A stretch of DNA of 53,675 nt from NCBI GenBank assembly GCA_944393715.1, contig CALYBB010000050.1, positions 1 through 53,675 on the forward strand, given 5' to 3'. The DNA is from an uncultured Alphaproteobacteria bacterium (GTDB taxonomy: Bacteria; Pseudomonadota; Alphaproteobacteria; RF32; CAG-239). The first letter of the stretch is position 1, and each line of letters opens with the position of its first letter. This document shows positions 9,200 through 18,253 of this stretch, one piece after another. The notes beneath the pieces are model-generated. The model was not told where the DNA came from. It did no database searches and worked only from the letters and a program-made list of their open reading frames with translations. The translations under genes were made by a program, and so were the position numbers.

Positions 9200-11887
9200 A
9201 TGAAAAAAGATTTTGATTTTGATAAATTGGCTGCCTCAACGCCAATGATGGCTCAGTATATAAAGATTAAGCGCGAATATCAGAATTATTTGTTGTTTTA
9301 TCGGATGGGCGACTTTTATGAGTTGTTTTTGGATGATGCTGTTGAGGCTTCAAAAGCGCTGGATATCGCTCTAACCAAACGCGGCAAAGTCGAAGGTGAA
9401 AATATTCCGATGTGCGGCGTGCCGTTTCACGCATATGAGAGCTATCTAGCAAAGCTGATACGTTTGGGCTACAAGGTAGCCATCTGTGAACAGACTGAAG
9501 ATCCTAAAGAGGCCAAGAAGCGTGGCGGCAAATCAGTGGTTAAACGCGAGGTCATCCGATTGGTAACGGCGGGAACCCTGACAGAAGAACCTCTTTTAGA
9601 TGCCAAACGCAATAATTTTTTGTTAGCCGCAGCCGAAATTTCCGGTGAGCTCGGCATGGCTTGGGTTGATATCTCGACAGGCGAATTTTTTACCCAAAAA
9701 TTTGTTGTAAGCGGCAGCGAAGAAAGCGTCTTTTCGGCCGTTTTATCAAGACTTCAACCGGTTGAATTGGTTATTGCCGATTCTCATGTGCGGCGGCCGG
9801 ATCTTTTTTCCGTACTGAAAAATTATAAAGAGCAACTGAGCGTCTGGCCTGATGCACGTTTTGACAGCGCCGCGGCCAAAGAGCGTCTGCAAAAATTCTT
9901 TAAGGTCAATACGTTAGCCTCTTTCGGTAATTTCTCGCGTGCAGAAATCAGCGCCGCTGGTGTTTTAGTCGACTATGTTAAGACATCACAAAAAATCGGT
10001 ATGCCGTTGTTGTTGCCGCCGCAGAAGATTGATGAAGGCCGCATTGTTGAGATTGATGCCGCTACCAGAAGGTCGCTTGAATTGACAGATTCGTTATCTG
10101 GTGATAAGGCGGGAACATTATTAAAATCTTTAGATCGCACGGTAACCGGTTCCGGTGGCAGGTTGTTAGCATCTCGTGTAGCCAATCCGCTGAAAGACAT
10201 TGCCGAAATTAACCGTCGGTTGGATATGGTTGAATTTTTTGTCGGACGCCGAGAGCTTTGCAATGATGTCCGAGGGCTCTTAAAAGATACAGCCGATATT
10301 GGCCGAGCCGTGTCACGGTTGTGTGCCGGTCGCGGCGGACCGCGAGATCTGCTCAATATTAAAAATACGTTGGGTATTATTCCGAAATTACGCAATTTGT
10401 TGCATTTCAACACCAAAAATCAGGAAAGCATATTAACCGAAAAATCCGATGCATTAAACAAAACCGTTACCGAATTGGGAGAGCATTCTGCTCTGGTTGC
10501 CAAGCTTTCAGACGCACTTTCGGAGAAAGATTTGCCCCTTTTAAGCAGAGACGGCGGTTTTATCCGCTCTGGTTATTCTCCGGCGTTGGATGAGCTAAAA
10601 GTATTGAAAGATGACAGCCATAAGTTGATAGTCGAATTGCAGGATAAATATACGCAGCAAACCGGTATTTCGCATCTCAAAATAAAATATAACAATGTTA
10701 TCGGCTATTTTATTGAAATTCCGGCCAAACATGCCGCACAGATCATAGAGGACAAAAATTTTATTTTCCGCCAGTCAGTTCTGAACGCCTCGCGGTTTAC
10801 CACGGTTGAACTGACCGAACTTGAAGATAAAATTCGCGGCGCCGCCGAAAAAGCGCTGGCGTTGGAGCTGCAGCTTTACGATGAGCTAGTTAATTCTGTT
10901 AAGGCATCATCGGAAGACATCATCAAAACGGCCAATGCTTTTGCCGAGATAGATGTTGCAGCCGGTCTGGCGGATCTGGCGGTTGAATATGATTATTGCC
11001 GGCCAATTGTCGACGATTCTTACGCTTTTGAAATCAAAGAAGGGAGACATCCGGTTGTCGAACAGTTTTTGCATCGTGAAAATGCCGGTCCTTTTGTCAG
11101 CAACGATTGTTGCATGGAAGAAGCGCAAAGTAATCTGTGGCTGTTGACCGGACCAAACATGGCCGGTAAGTCGACCTATCTGCGCCAAAACGCCATTATT
11201 GCCATCATGGCGCAAATGGGGTCTTTTGTGCCTTGTAGCAGCGCCCGAATAGGAGTAATAGACAAGATATTTTCCCGCGTTGGCGCTTCTGACGATTTGG
11301 CGCGTGGTCGTTCAACTTTTATGGTTGAGATGGTTGAAACCGCCGGTATTTTGAATCAGGCCGGCGAGCGTTCTTTTGTTATTCTGGACGAAATCGGTCG
11401 CGGCACGGCAACCTTCGACGGCTTGTCAATTGCGTGGGCCGTAATAGAATATTTGCACGAAATCAACCGTTGCCGCACGCTGTTCGCCACACATTATCAC
11501 GAGCTTGCTTCGTTGAAAGGTAGGTTGTCTCGCCTCAGCCTTCATTGCATGAAAACCAAAGAGTTTAACGATGAAGTTGCCTTTTTGCACGAAGTAACGG
11601 ACGGAGCGGCAGACCGCAGCTATGGGATTCATGTTGCCAAGCTGGCCGGAATGCCAAAATCGGTTATTCGGCGGGCAGATCAGGTTTTGCACAATCTGGA
11701 GCATCAGGGAAAAGGCCTGTCGGTTAAAGACATTACCGAGGAGCTGCCGCTATTTGCCTCTGTTCTAGAAAAAACAAAACCGGAAGAAAAATCCCCCGTT
11801 GCCAAAGCATTAGAACAACTGAATCCGGACGACCTGAGTCCCAGAGAAGCGCTTGAAAAATTGTACGAACTTAAAAAAATGACATAA
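9200..11887 (+). CDS. mutS: DNA mismatch repair protein MutS
   Basis: TPMMAQY, FYRMGDFYELF, TGPNMAGKST and DEIGRGT; ATG 9200 preferred over TTG 9158. Confidence 0.98.
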   Translation: MKKDFDFDKLAASTPMMAQYIKIKREYQNYLLFYRMGDFYELFLDDAVEASKALDIALTKRGKVEGENIPMCGVPFHAYESYLAKLIRLGYKVAICEQTEDPKEAKKRGGKSVVKREVIRLVTAGTLTEEPLLDAKRNNFLLAAAEISGELGMAWVDISTGEFFTQKFVVSGSEESVFSAVLSRLQPVELVIADSHVRRPDLFSVLKNYKEQLSVWPDARFDSAAAKERLQKFFKVNTLASFGNFSRAEISAAGVLVDYVKTSQKIGMPLLLPPQKIDEGRIVEIDAATRRSLELTDSLSGDKAGTLLKSLDRTVTGSGGRLLASRVANPLKDIAEINRRLDMVEFFVGRRELCNDVRGLLKDTADIGRAVSRLCAGRGGPRDLLNIKNTLGIIPKLRNLLHFNTKNQESILTEKSDALNKTVTELGEHSALVAKLSDALSEKDLPLLSRDGGFIRSGYSPALDELKVLKDDSHKLIVELQDKYTQQTGISHLKIKYNNVIGYFIEIPAKHAAQIIEDKNFIFRQSVLNASRFTTVELTELEDKIRGAAEKALALELQLYDELVNSVKASSEDIIKTANAFAEIDVAAGLADLAVEYDYCRPIVDDSYAFEIKEGRHPVVEQFLHRENAGPFVSNDCCMEEAQSNLWLLTGPNMAGKSTYLRQNAIIAIMAQMGSFVPCSSARIGVIDKIFSRVGASDDLARGRSTFMVEMVETAGILNQAGERSFVILDEIGRGTATFDGLSIAWAVIEYLHEINRCRTLFATHYHELASLKGRLSRLSLHCMKTKEFNDEVAFLHEVTDGAADRSYGIHVAKLAGMPKSVIRRADQVLHNLEHQGKGLSVKDITEELPLFASVLEKTKPEEKSPVAKALEQLNPDDLSPREALEKLYELKKMT

Positions 11888-11924
11888 AAAAGACCGGATA
11901 TGATTCCGGCCGTAACAACAAAAT

Positions 11925-12059
11925 TTAAGCGTCGCGTTGTTCAAAAAATGACTTATCAACACCGCAAACCGGACAGGTCCAATCATCCGGCAGTTCTTCA
12001 AACGGCGTTTCTCCGTCATAGACATAATTACAAACAGTGCATACCCATTGTTTAGCCAT
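11925..12059 (-). CDS. Rubredoxin (44 aa; absent from the ORF track)
   Basis: [44 protein letters not shown]; two CxxC motifs; AAGGAG RBS; start overlaps the end of the flavin reductase gene. Confidence 0.95.
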   Translation of the reverse strand: MAKQWVCTVCNYVYDGETPFEELPDDWTCPVCGVDKSFFEQRDA

Positions 12060-12567
12060 TGGTTCTCTCCTTTATATGTTGTTGAAAACTTTTGATAACA
12101 TCGTCCTTAAAACTGTTGCGGTAATCCTCATACAGCAGACCGGCAGCATCACGGACGTTTTCCGCCGCCGTAATTTCGGCAATAAAAACAGTGTTGCTCT
12201 CAAAGGCGTATTGTGATACCACCTTGGCAGTAATATGCGCCAAAGCCTGTGGCAAAACCGGCAGATTGTTTAACTCAGAAAAGTTGACACAGTCCCATTT
12301 ATTGATATTTTTACTCGACTGGAAACCAAAGTTTGCCACCACAAACGGGTCAATATCTTTCGGCAGAACCGACAATGAGAATTCACGCCTCTTTTCAACA
12401 CAGGCCTTTGTGTAGCTGGCATTGTTGCAGGAGAGAACCAGCGCACAAGGCTTATTCGCGGCAATCATTACGGCGTCGACAATACTGCCTACGGGACGGT
12501 TACCATCCTTAGCGCCCAAGACATAAAGTCCAAGCGGTATTTTATAAAGAGCATTCCAGTCAATCAT
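12052..12567 (-). CDS. Flavin reductase family protein (split barrel)
   Basis: [18 protein letters not shown] and [12 protein letters not shown] motifs, resembling flavin reductase domains that are fused to rubredoxin in anaerobes. Confidence 0.88.
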   Translation of the reverse strand: MIDWNALYKIPLGLYVLGAKDGNRPVGSIVDAVMIAANKPCALVLSCNNASYTKACVEKRREFSLSVLPKDIDPFVVANFGFQSSKNINKWDCVNFSELNNLPVLPQALAHITAKVVSQYAFESNTVFIAEITAAENVRDAAGLLYEDYRNSFKDDVIKSFQQHIKERTNG

Positions 12568-12619
12568 ATTTTATTTCTCCCCTTCCATTAATATAGCATC
12601 ATAAATGACCGATGCAAGC

Positions 12620-13087
12620 TTAATTGTGTGATGGCGTTTTTGCATCTTTGGATGTTGTTGAAAAGCGCTTAGCAATAAAATTTTTGTGTGTTGCCCATAA
12701 AAGTCCGACCGCTAAAATAACAACATATACATAGCTCATATAATAAGCAAAACGCATGCTTGGAGTCGGATGCCCTTTTCCTATATATTGACCGGTCAGA
12801 ACTTCGTACTCGTGAGCAATTCCGCAAAAACCAAAGACAATAAGCCCAAAATATTTGGCAGTTCCGAGAGCCTGCAGATAATCGGAAATTACCGAATGCT
12901 TGCATTGAAAACGTGTTAACCAGCCGAATTTCCCTCTAAAATACAAAAGAATCAGTAAAATCATGAAACAGATAAAGAGCACATCATCAAGCCGCAACAA
13001 ATAAAATTTCCTCAAATGCGAGAATAAAAAGTAAATAACAAAATAAAAACCGGCTAATATCAACGCTTGTGGTATAAAAATCTTCAT
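12620..13087 (-). CDS. Hypothetical membrane protein (about 4 TM)
   Basis: Hydrophobic segments; ATG with AAGG RBS. Confidence 0.7.
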   Translation of the reverse strand: MKIFIPQALILAGFYFVIYFLFSHLRKFYLLRLDDVLFICFMILLILLYFRGKFGWLTRFQCKHSVISDYLQALGTAKYFGLIVFGFCGIAHEYEVLTGQYIGKGHPTPSMRFAYYMSYVYVVILAVGLLWATHKNFIAKRFSTTSKDAKTPSHN

Positions 13088-13114
13088 AAAGCAGCCTTCT
13101 TTAGCATTGTGTTT

Positions 13115-13312
13115 TTAATAATGGGGCGGCGGTGTTTCTTCGGACAGAGGCTTAACAACATCTTTGTCCAGCATATCCGTCAAATATTTATTTATTTCAA
13201 TCAGCCGGCCAATTTCTTTGCCTTGTTCATAAACAATTTTACTCAGCTCATCCAATGCACGTTCATGATTAGCCAAGGCTGTTTCAATCTCAATCAGTCT
13301 TTGTTCATCCAT
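13115..13312 (-). CDS. slyX: SlyX family protein
   Basis: RLIEIETALANHERALDELS coiled coil and C-terminal ETPPPHY. Confidence 0.92.
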   Translation of the reverse strand: MDEQRLIEIETALANHERALDELSKIVYEQGKEIGRLIEINKYLTDMLDKDVVKPLSEETPPPHY

Positions 13313-13447
13313 TTCAGAATCCTTTTTTTGAATCTTTTCCAGCATAAAGCCGTCAAGTTTTTTTGGCAACAAATTTTTTTCAAATTACCGGATTATGCCA
13401 ATTATTAAAAAACGCACATAAAGTGAATAAATCTAACATCAACCACG

Positions 13448-13478
13448 AAAAAAAAGCCGCCTATCGGCAGCTTTTTTT
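13448..13478 (-). terminator. Terminator after tRNA-Pro
   Basis: A8-gccgcc-tatc-ggcagc-T7 hairpin. Confidence 0.75.
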
Positions 13479-13485
13479 GAATAAA

Positions 13486-13562
13486 TGGTCGGATTGACTG
13501 GACTTGAACCAGCGACCTCTTCGTCCCGAACGAAGCGTTCTACCAGGCTGAACTACAATCCG
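13486..13562 (-). tRNA. tRNA-Pro (CGG)
   Basis: Reverse complement CGGATTGTAGTTCAGCCTGGTAGAACGCTTCGTTCGGGACGAAGAGGTCGCTGGTTCAAGTCCAGTCAATCCGACCA. Confidence 0.96.
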
Positions 13563-13754
13563 CTATTTTACAACGCCTGTTAGTAATAACATATTTTTTT
13601 GAGAACTCAAGCAAAAATTTAAAAAAAATAATAAAAACTTGTTCACTCTTAAAAATAACCAGAGCAATAAAAGAAAAAATATTTTTTTATTAATAATGTT
13701 CTAACTTTTTTTCGTTAAATTAAAAAATCAGGAATAAACTTTTTTTGAGGAAGT

Positions 13755-15071
13755 ATGTCAGAATATTCAACCGTTGAACTTTTATTGTTTCAACTTTTTT
13801 TGATCTTTTTAAATGCCGTTTTTGCCGGAGCGGAAATTGCTGTCATCTCAGTCAATAACAGCAAGCTCAAAAGGTTGGCCGATCAAGGAGACCGCCGTGC
13901 CAAGCGGTTATTGTCGCTGACAGTGCAACCGGCCAAATTTTTGGCAACCATTCAGGTTGGTGTTACGCTGGCCGGTTTTTTAGGCAGTGCTTTTGCTGCC
14001 GACAATTTTTCCGATAAAGTTACGGACTGGCTCATCTCTTGCGGTATCCCTCTGGCTCCTGCCAAGCTTGATGTGCTGGCAGTTATCGGCATCACGCTCA
14101 TATTATCCTATATTACGCTGATTCTCGGTGAGATTGTCCCCAAACGCGTTGCCATGAAAAATCCCGAGAAAATATCTTTGGCCGTATCATGGTTTCTTTA
14201 TGCAATAGCCGCAATTTCAACCCCGTTGATATGGTTTTTAACCGTTTCAACCAATGCAGTGTTGCGGCTTATCGGTATCAATCCCAATGCCGAAAATCGT
14301 AAAGTTACGGAAGAGGAAGTCCGCATAATGATTGACGCCTGCAGTGAGGGCGGTGGTATTGATGATATTGAAAAAAAGATGCTCAACAATGTGTTTGAGT
14401 TTGATGACAAACGGGTGCGTGATGTCATGACATACCGTTTGGATGTTGCCTTTTTGAACGCTGATGATTCGAAGCAAAAGTGGGAAAAAATAATGGTCAA
14501 ATCCCGCTATTCCGTCTATCCATTTTATCGCAGTACCAGAGATAATGTTATCGGCGTTATCACAATTAAAGATTATTTCAAGTACAAGCAATTTTCAGAA
14601 AATGAAATTATCAAAAAGGCAGTTAAACCGGCGCAGATAACGCTTGATACGCTGCATATTGACGAACTGTTTGTTAATATGCAAAAAAGCCGTAATCACT
14701 TTGCCGTTGTGGTGGATGAATACGGCAGCATCACCGGAATTGTTACCATGAAAGATCTTTTGGAAGAACTGGTTGGCGAACTCAGTAATGACACGGTTAT
14801 TCCGCCGGAAGGGCCGATGGTCGAAAAAATAGATGACCATACATGGCTGATTAAAGGGGCGGCCTCGCTCAAAGAGGTCTCTGAGGCATTAAAAATAAAA
14901 TTTCCGCCAAACGATTGCACGACTTTTGCCGGATGGCTGTTTGCACTGATGGACAACATTCCGCAAAACAAAAAAAATGTCAAACTACAATATGGCCGGC
15001 TGAAAATAAAAATACCGCAGATCAAATCTCGACGCATAGAAGAAGCAGTCGTCCGCTTGATGGACAACTAA
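13755..15071 (+). CDS. HlyC/CorC (CNNM) family transporter: DUF21, CBS pair and CorC domain
   Basis: FAGAEIAVIS, LATIQVGVT, GEIVPKR and VVDEYGSITGIVTMKDLLEELVG. Confidence 0.93.
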   Translation: MSEYSTVELLLFQLFLIFLNAVFAGAEIAVISVNNSKLKRLADQGDRRAKRLLSLTVQPAKFLATIQVGVTLAGFLGSAFAADNFSDKVTDWLISCGIPLAPAKLDVLAVIGITLILSYITLILGEIVPKRVAMKNPEKISLAVSWFLYAIAAISTPLIWFLTVSTNAVLRLIGINPNAENRKVTEEEVRIMIDACSEGGGIDDIEKKMLNNVFEFDDKRVRDVMTYRLDVAFLNADDSKQKWEKIMVKSRYSVYPFYRSTRDNVIGVITIKDYFKYKQFSENEIIKKAVKPAQITLDTLHIDELFVNMQKSRNHFAVVVDEYGSITGIVTMKDLLEELVGELSNDTVIPPEGPMVEKIDDHTWLIKGAASLKEVSEALKIKFPPNDCTTFAGWLFALMDNIPQNKKNVKLQYGRLKIKIPQIKSRRIEEAVVRLMDN

Positions 15072-15072
15072 T

Positions 15073-15540
15073 TCAGCAACCTTTGCAAACATCAACCCAC
15101 TTGACGGGGCGGGCATATTTTTCAAGCTCTGCAAGCGACAGCTCAATGGCGCTGTTGCTGCTGCCGCAGGCCGGAAAAACCGTCGTGAAGCGCCTCAACG
15201 ATATGTCCAGATAAACTTTTATTCCGCAAGGAATTCCGAAAGGACAAACGCCGCCGACGCCGTGTCCTATCTTTGCTTCAACCTCCGGTGCCGGCAACAT
15301 ACGGGCTTTTGTACCGAAAGCGGCCTTATATTTGGCATTGTCGATCTTTACGTCACCGGCAGTTACAATCAAGATTGTCTCATTGTCCAGCAAAAAAGCC
15401 AATGTTTTGGCGATTCGTGCTGGCTCACAACCAAGCGCCGCGGCAGCCAGATCAACAGTTGCACTGGATGCATCAAATTCCATGATTTTATCTTCAATCC
15501 CGAAAGTCCTAAAATATTGCCGGACTTTTTCAATAGACAT
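15073..15540 (-). CDS. YbaK/EbsC family aminoacyl-tRNA deacylase-like protein
   Basis: IAKTL, GGVCPFG and ACGSSNSAI motifs. Confidence 0.92.
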   Translation of the reverse strand: MSIEKVRQYFRTFGIEDKIMEFDASSATVDLAAAALGCEPARIAKTLAFLLDNETILIVTAGDVKIDNAKYKAAFGTKARMLPAPEVEAKIGHGVGGVCPFGIPCGIKVYLDISLRRFTTVFPACGSSNSAIELSLAELEKYARPVKWVDVCKGC

Positions 15541-16493
15541 TATTTCGTATCCTCCAAGCCGATTTTATCATCAATAATAAAAGAAGGCCGTTGCTTGACT
15601 TCCATAAATATTTTAGCCATATATTCGCCGATAATGCCGAGCGACAAAAGTTGCAGACCGCTAAACATTGTGATGATGGTTACAGTGGAAGCCCAGCCGA
15701 CGATAGTGCCTTGCAACGACCAGCGATAGATGACATAGGCAATAAAACACAAACTGATAAAACAAACAAAAAATCCGGTAAAAGTAACCAGCCGCAGAGG
15801 AACGATCGAAAAATTAGAAATACCGTTCCATGCCAAAGCAATCATGCTCTTGAGCGGATATTTCGTCTCGCCGGCTGTTCGCGGCGTTCGGTCATAAAAT
15901 ACATTGGCTGATTTAAATCCGATTAGCGGCACAATGGCGCGCAAAAACAAATTGCGTTCGGGAAAACGTTTCAGCGTTTCGACGGCGCGTTTGGTCATCA
16001 TCCGAAAGTCTGCATGGTTATAGACGATATTCAATCCCAAAACTTTCAACAGACGATAGTAGAGCAAAGCCGTCGCCCGTTTAAAAAAGCTGTCGCTTTT
16101 TCGAGAATTACGCACGCCGTAAACAATATCGCAACCGTTTTTAACCACTTCATCAAGCATTTGTGGAATACAATCCGGATTATCCTGCAGATCGGCGTCA
16201 ATGGTAACATAGATATCGGCAGCCGTATCATACATTCCGGCCAAAATGGCGCTTTGGTGTCCAAAATTGCGAGAAAGTTTCAGCGCACAAAAAAGCTTAT
16301 TGTCGGCACAGGTATCGGCAATAATTTTCCATGTTTTGTCCTCACTGCCGTCATCAACAAAGCAAATCCGGCTGGCCGGTGATATTTTTTTGTTCTTTAT
16401 CAATCCCCTTAAAAGCGATTCCATTTTTTTTATTGTTCGAGGAAGGATTTCTTCTTCATTGTAGCAGGGCAGAATGATGATAAGCTTTTTCAC
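15540..16493 (-). CDS. GT2 glycosyltransferase, GtrB/polyisoprenyl-phosphate glycosyltransferase type
   Basis: PCYNEE, VDDGSEDKT, LSRNFGHQ and DADLQD; two C-terminal TM; GTG start at 16493 with AGGAG RBS. Confidence 0.93.
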   Translation of the reverse strand: MKKLIIILPCYNEEEILPRTIKKMESLLRGLIKNKKISPASRICFVDDGSEDKTWKIIADTCADNKLFCALKLSRNFGHQSAILAGMYDTAADIYVTIDADLQDNPDCIPQMLDEVVKNGCDIVYGVRNSRKSDSFFKRATALLYYRLLKVLGLNIVYNHADFRMMTKRAVETLKRFPERNLFLRAIVPLIGFKSANVFYDRTPRTAGETKYPLKSMIALAWNGISNFSIVPLRLVTFTGFFVCFISLCFIAYVIYRWSLQGTIVGWASTVTIITMFSGLQLLSLGIIGEYMAKIFMEVKQRPSFIIDDKIGLEDTK

Positions 16494-16503
16494 AATATTT
16501 CTC

Positions 16504-17346
16504 CTAACGGCGGATTCGCAGTTTTTCCAAAATCGGGCACAATCCAGCCAATTTGGTAACAATAAACCGCTTCAGAACAAACGTAAATTTCTTTTTGTAA
16601 TCAACAGCGGTAACAATATGTTGCAGCGTATGCAGATTAGCCGAATAGATGTTACGGCGTCGGTATACCGGTCGGCAGCACATAACATACTGCATAATAT
16701 GCGAGTGGACGTCATCCGTAATAAACCGCTGCACAACCGGTGGCAATTTGGCAAACGGATAGGGCTGGTAGCCGTCTGCCGGCATGGTTACCGTCGACAC
16801 CCCGATAATCTCCAGCCCAACATCGGCCAGCAAACGGGCGATGCTGCGATAGGTATAAAAATGCAAATGCGTTTTGTCCAAGATGCCCAGAGGCGTATAT
16901 GAAAAATCATCCAGCAGCAGATTGGCCTTAATGCTGGCATGCGCGACATTAGGCAGCGAAATAATCATCTTTCTTCTGCCGGTCGGTTTGAGATAAGTTT
17001 TCAGTTCGGTAAGCACGGTTTCTGGGTTAAGCAGATGTTCCAACACATCGCCGCAGACAATGTAGTCAAATTTTCCCTTATAATCAGGATAATCCGTTGC
17101 CTTAAATAAATTAAGATCCTGAAGCAGCACCTCAACAAAGGCACCGGATTTTATGCATAAGTGTACATTTTGCGGATTCCCTTCCAACCCGAAGATCGAA
17201 CACCTCTTATCTCGTTTCAATGCTATTGCCAGAGCTCCGCTGGCACAACCAATATCCAAAACCGTGCTGTCAGCGCGGATAAAGTCATAAATCCGCGTCA
17301 GACTGTCATTTTTGTTTTCCGAATTAAAGAGCTTGTAATAAAGCAT
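16504..17346 (-). CDS. Class I SAM-dependent methyltransferase (glycan-associated type)
   Basis: VLDIGCASG, GDVLEHL, ISLPNVAH and GILDKTHLHFYT. Confidence 0.88.
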   Translation of the reverse strand: MLYYKLFNSENKNDSLTRIYDFIRADSTVLDIGCASGALAIALKRDKRCSIFGLEGNPQNVHLCIKSGAFVEVLLQDLNLFKATDYPDYKGKFDYIVCGDVLEHLLNPETVLTELKTYLKPTGRRKMIISLPNVAHASIKANLLLDDFSYTPLGILDKTHLHFYTYRSIARLLADVGLEIIGVSTVTMPADGYQPYPFAKLPPVVQRFITDDVHSHIMQYVMCCRPVYRRRNIYSANLHTLQHIVTAVDYKKKFTFVLKRFIVTKLAGLCPILEKLRIRR

Positions 17347-17442
17347 AAATATCCTTTCGATATCAGGGCTTTATAATTGACATACCGCCCACTTTTAAAT
17401 ATATTATGACTTGTTGCAGAAATGTAAAAAGTTTTTATAAAA

Positions 17443-18252
17443 ATGTTCACAACCGCCAATCCTAAAATTTCCGTCTGTGTTCCGGTATATAATGCTGCGC
17501 CGTTTATTGCCGAGACTGTTTCCGCGGTATTGCGGCAGGATATGACCGATTTTGAATTACTGTTGCTTGATGATGCATCGACGGACGATTCTGTCGCCGT
17601 CATAAAACGATTTAACGATAAACGCATTCGCCTGTTTCGGCATAAACATAACCAGGGCATTGCTGCTTCGCGCAATTTTTTGATTAAACAGGCGCGTGGA
17701 GAGTATATAGCCGTTTTGGATCATGATGACATTTGCTTACCGGAACGTTTGCGGGTTCAGGCAGCTTTTTTGGATTCTCATCCGGATATTGCTTTGGTAG
17801 GCTCAAGATTTGAACTTTTTGCGCCGCCGTCTGCGGCACTGTGGCGGCGCCTGCTGATCAACTTAGGCTGGGTTTGGTGTCATCCGCTGTTTCCGACATG
17901 GCAAGATACCCGAAAAGGCAATGTGGTTATGCATCCGACGATTATGTACCGTCGACAGATTTTTGTCGATTGCGGTATCAACTATGATTCCCGTTATACA
18001 CCGGCGGAGGACTACGACTGGGTAGTGCAGGCCTTGGCTGCGGGACTTAAACTGGCCAATATTCCGCAAGTTTTACTCAAATATAATTTGCATGGAGCCA
18101 ACTGTTCCTTCATCCGTAAAAAACAGATGAAACAAGCCGATGCCATGGTCAAACAAAAAATCACCGGTATTTTGTCGTGTCCGGTGCTGCATTATCCGCG
18201 AATTTTAACGATATTGCAGAAACTTCGCCTTAAATTTATGATAGGAAAATAA
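17443..18252 (+). CDS. GT2 family glycosyltransferase
   Basis: PVYNAA, DDASTDDS, LDHDD and AEDYD motifs. Confidence 0.93.
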   Translation: MFTTANPKISVCVPVYNAAPFIAETVSAVLRQDMTDFELLLLDDASTDDSVAVIKRFNDKRIRLFRHKHNQGIAASRNFLIKQARGEYIAVLDHDDICLPERLRVQAAFLDSHPDIALVGSRFELFAPPSAALWRRLLINLGWVWCHPLFPTWQDTRKGNVVMHPTIMYRRQIFVDCGINYDSRYTPAEDYDWVVQALAAGLKLANIPQVLLKYNLHGANCSFIRKKQMKQADAMVKQKITGILSCPVLHYPRILTILQKLRLKFMIGK

Positions 18253-18253
18253 G

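Noticed and set aside
11810-12025. 71-aa minus-strand ORF from the track
   Set aside because: Wrong frame; the real gene is the rubredoxin at 11925-12059
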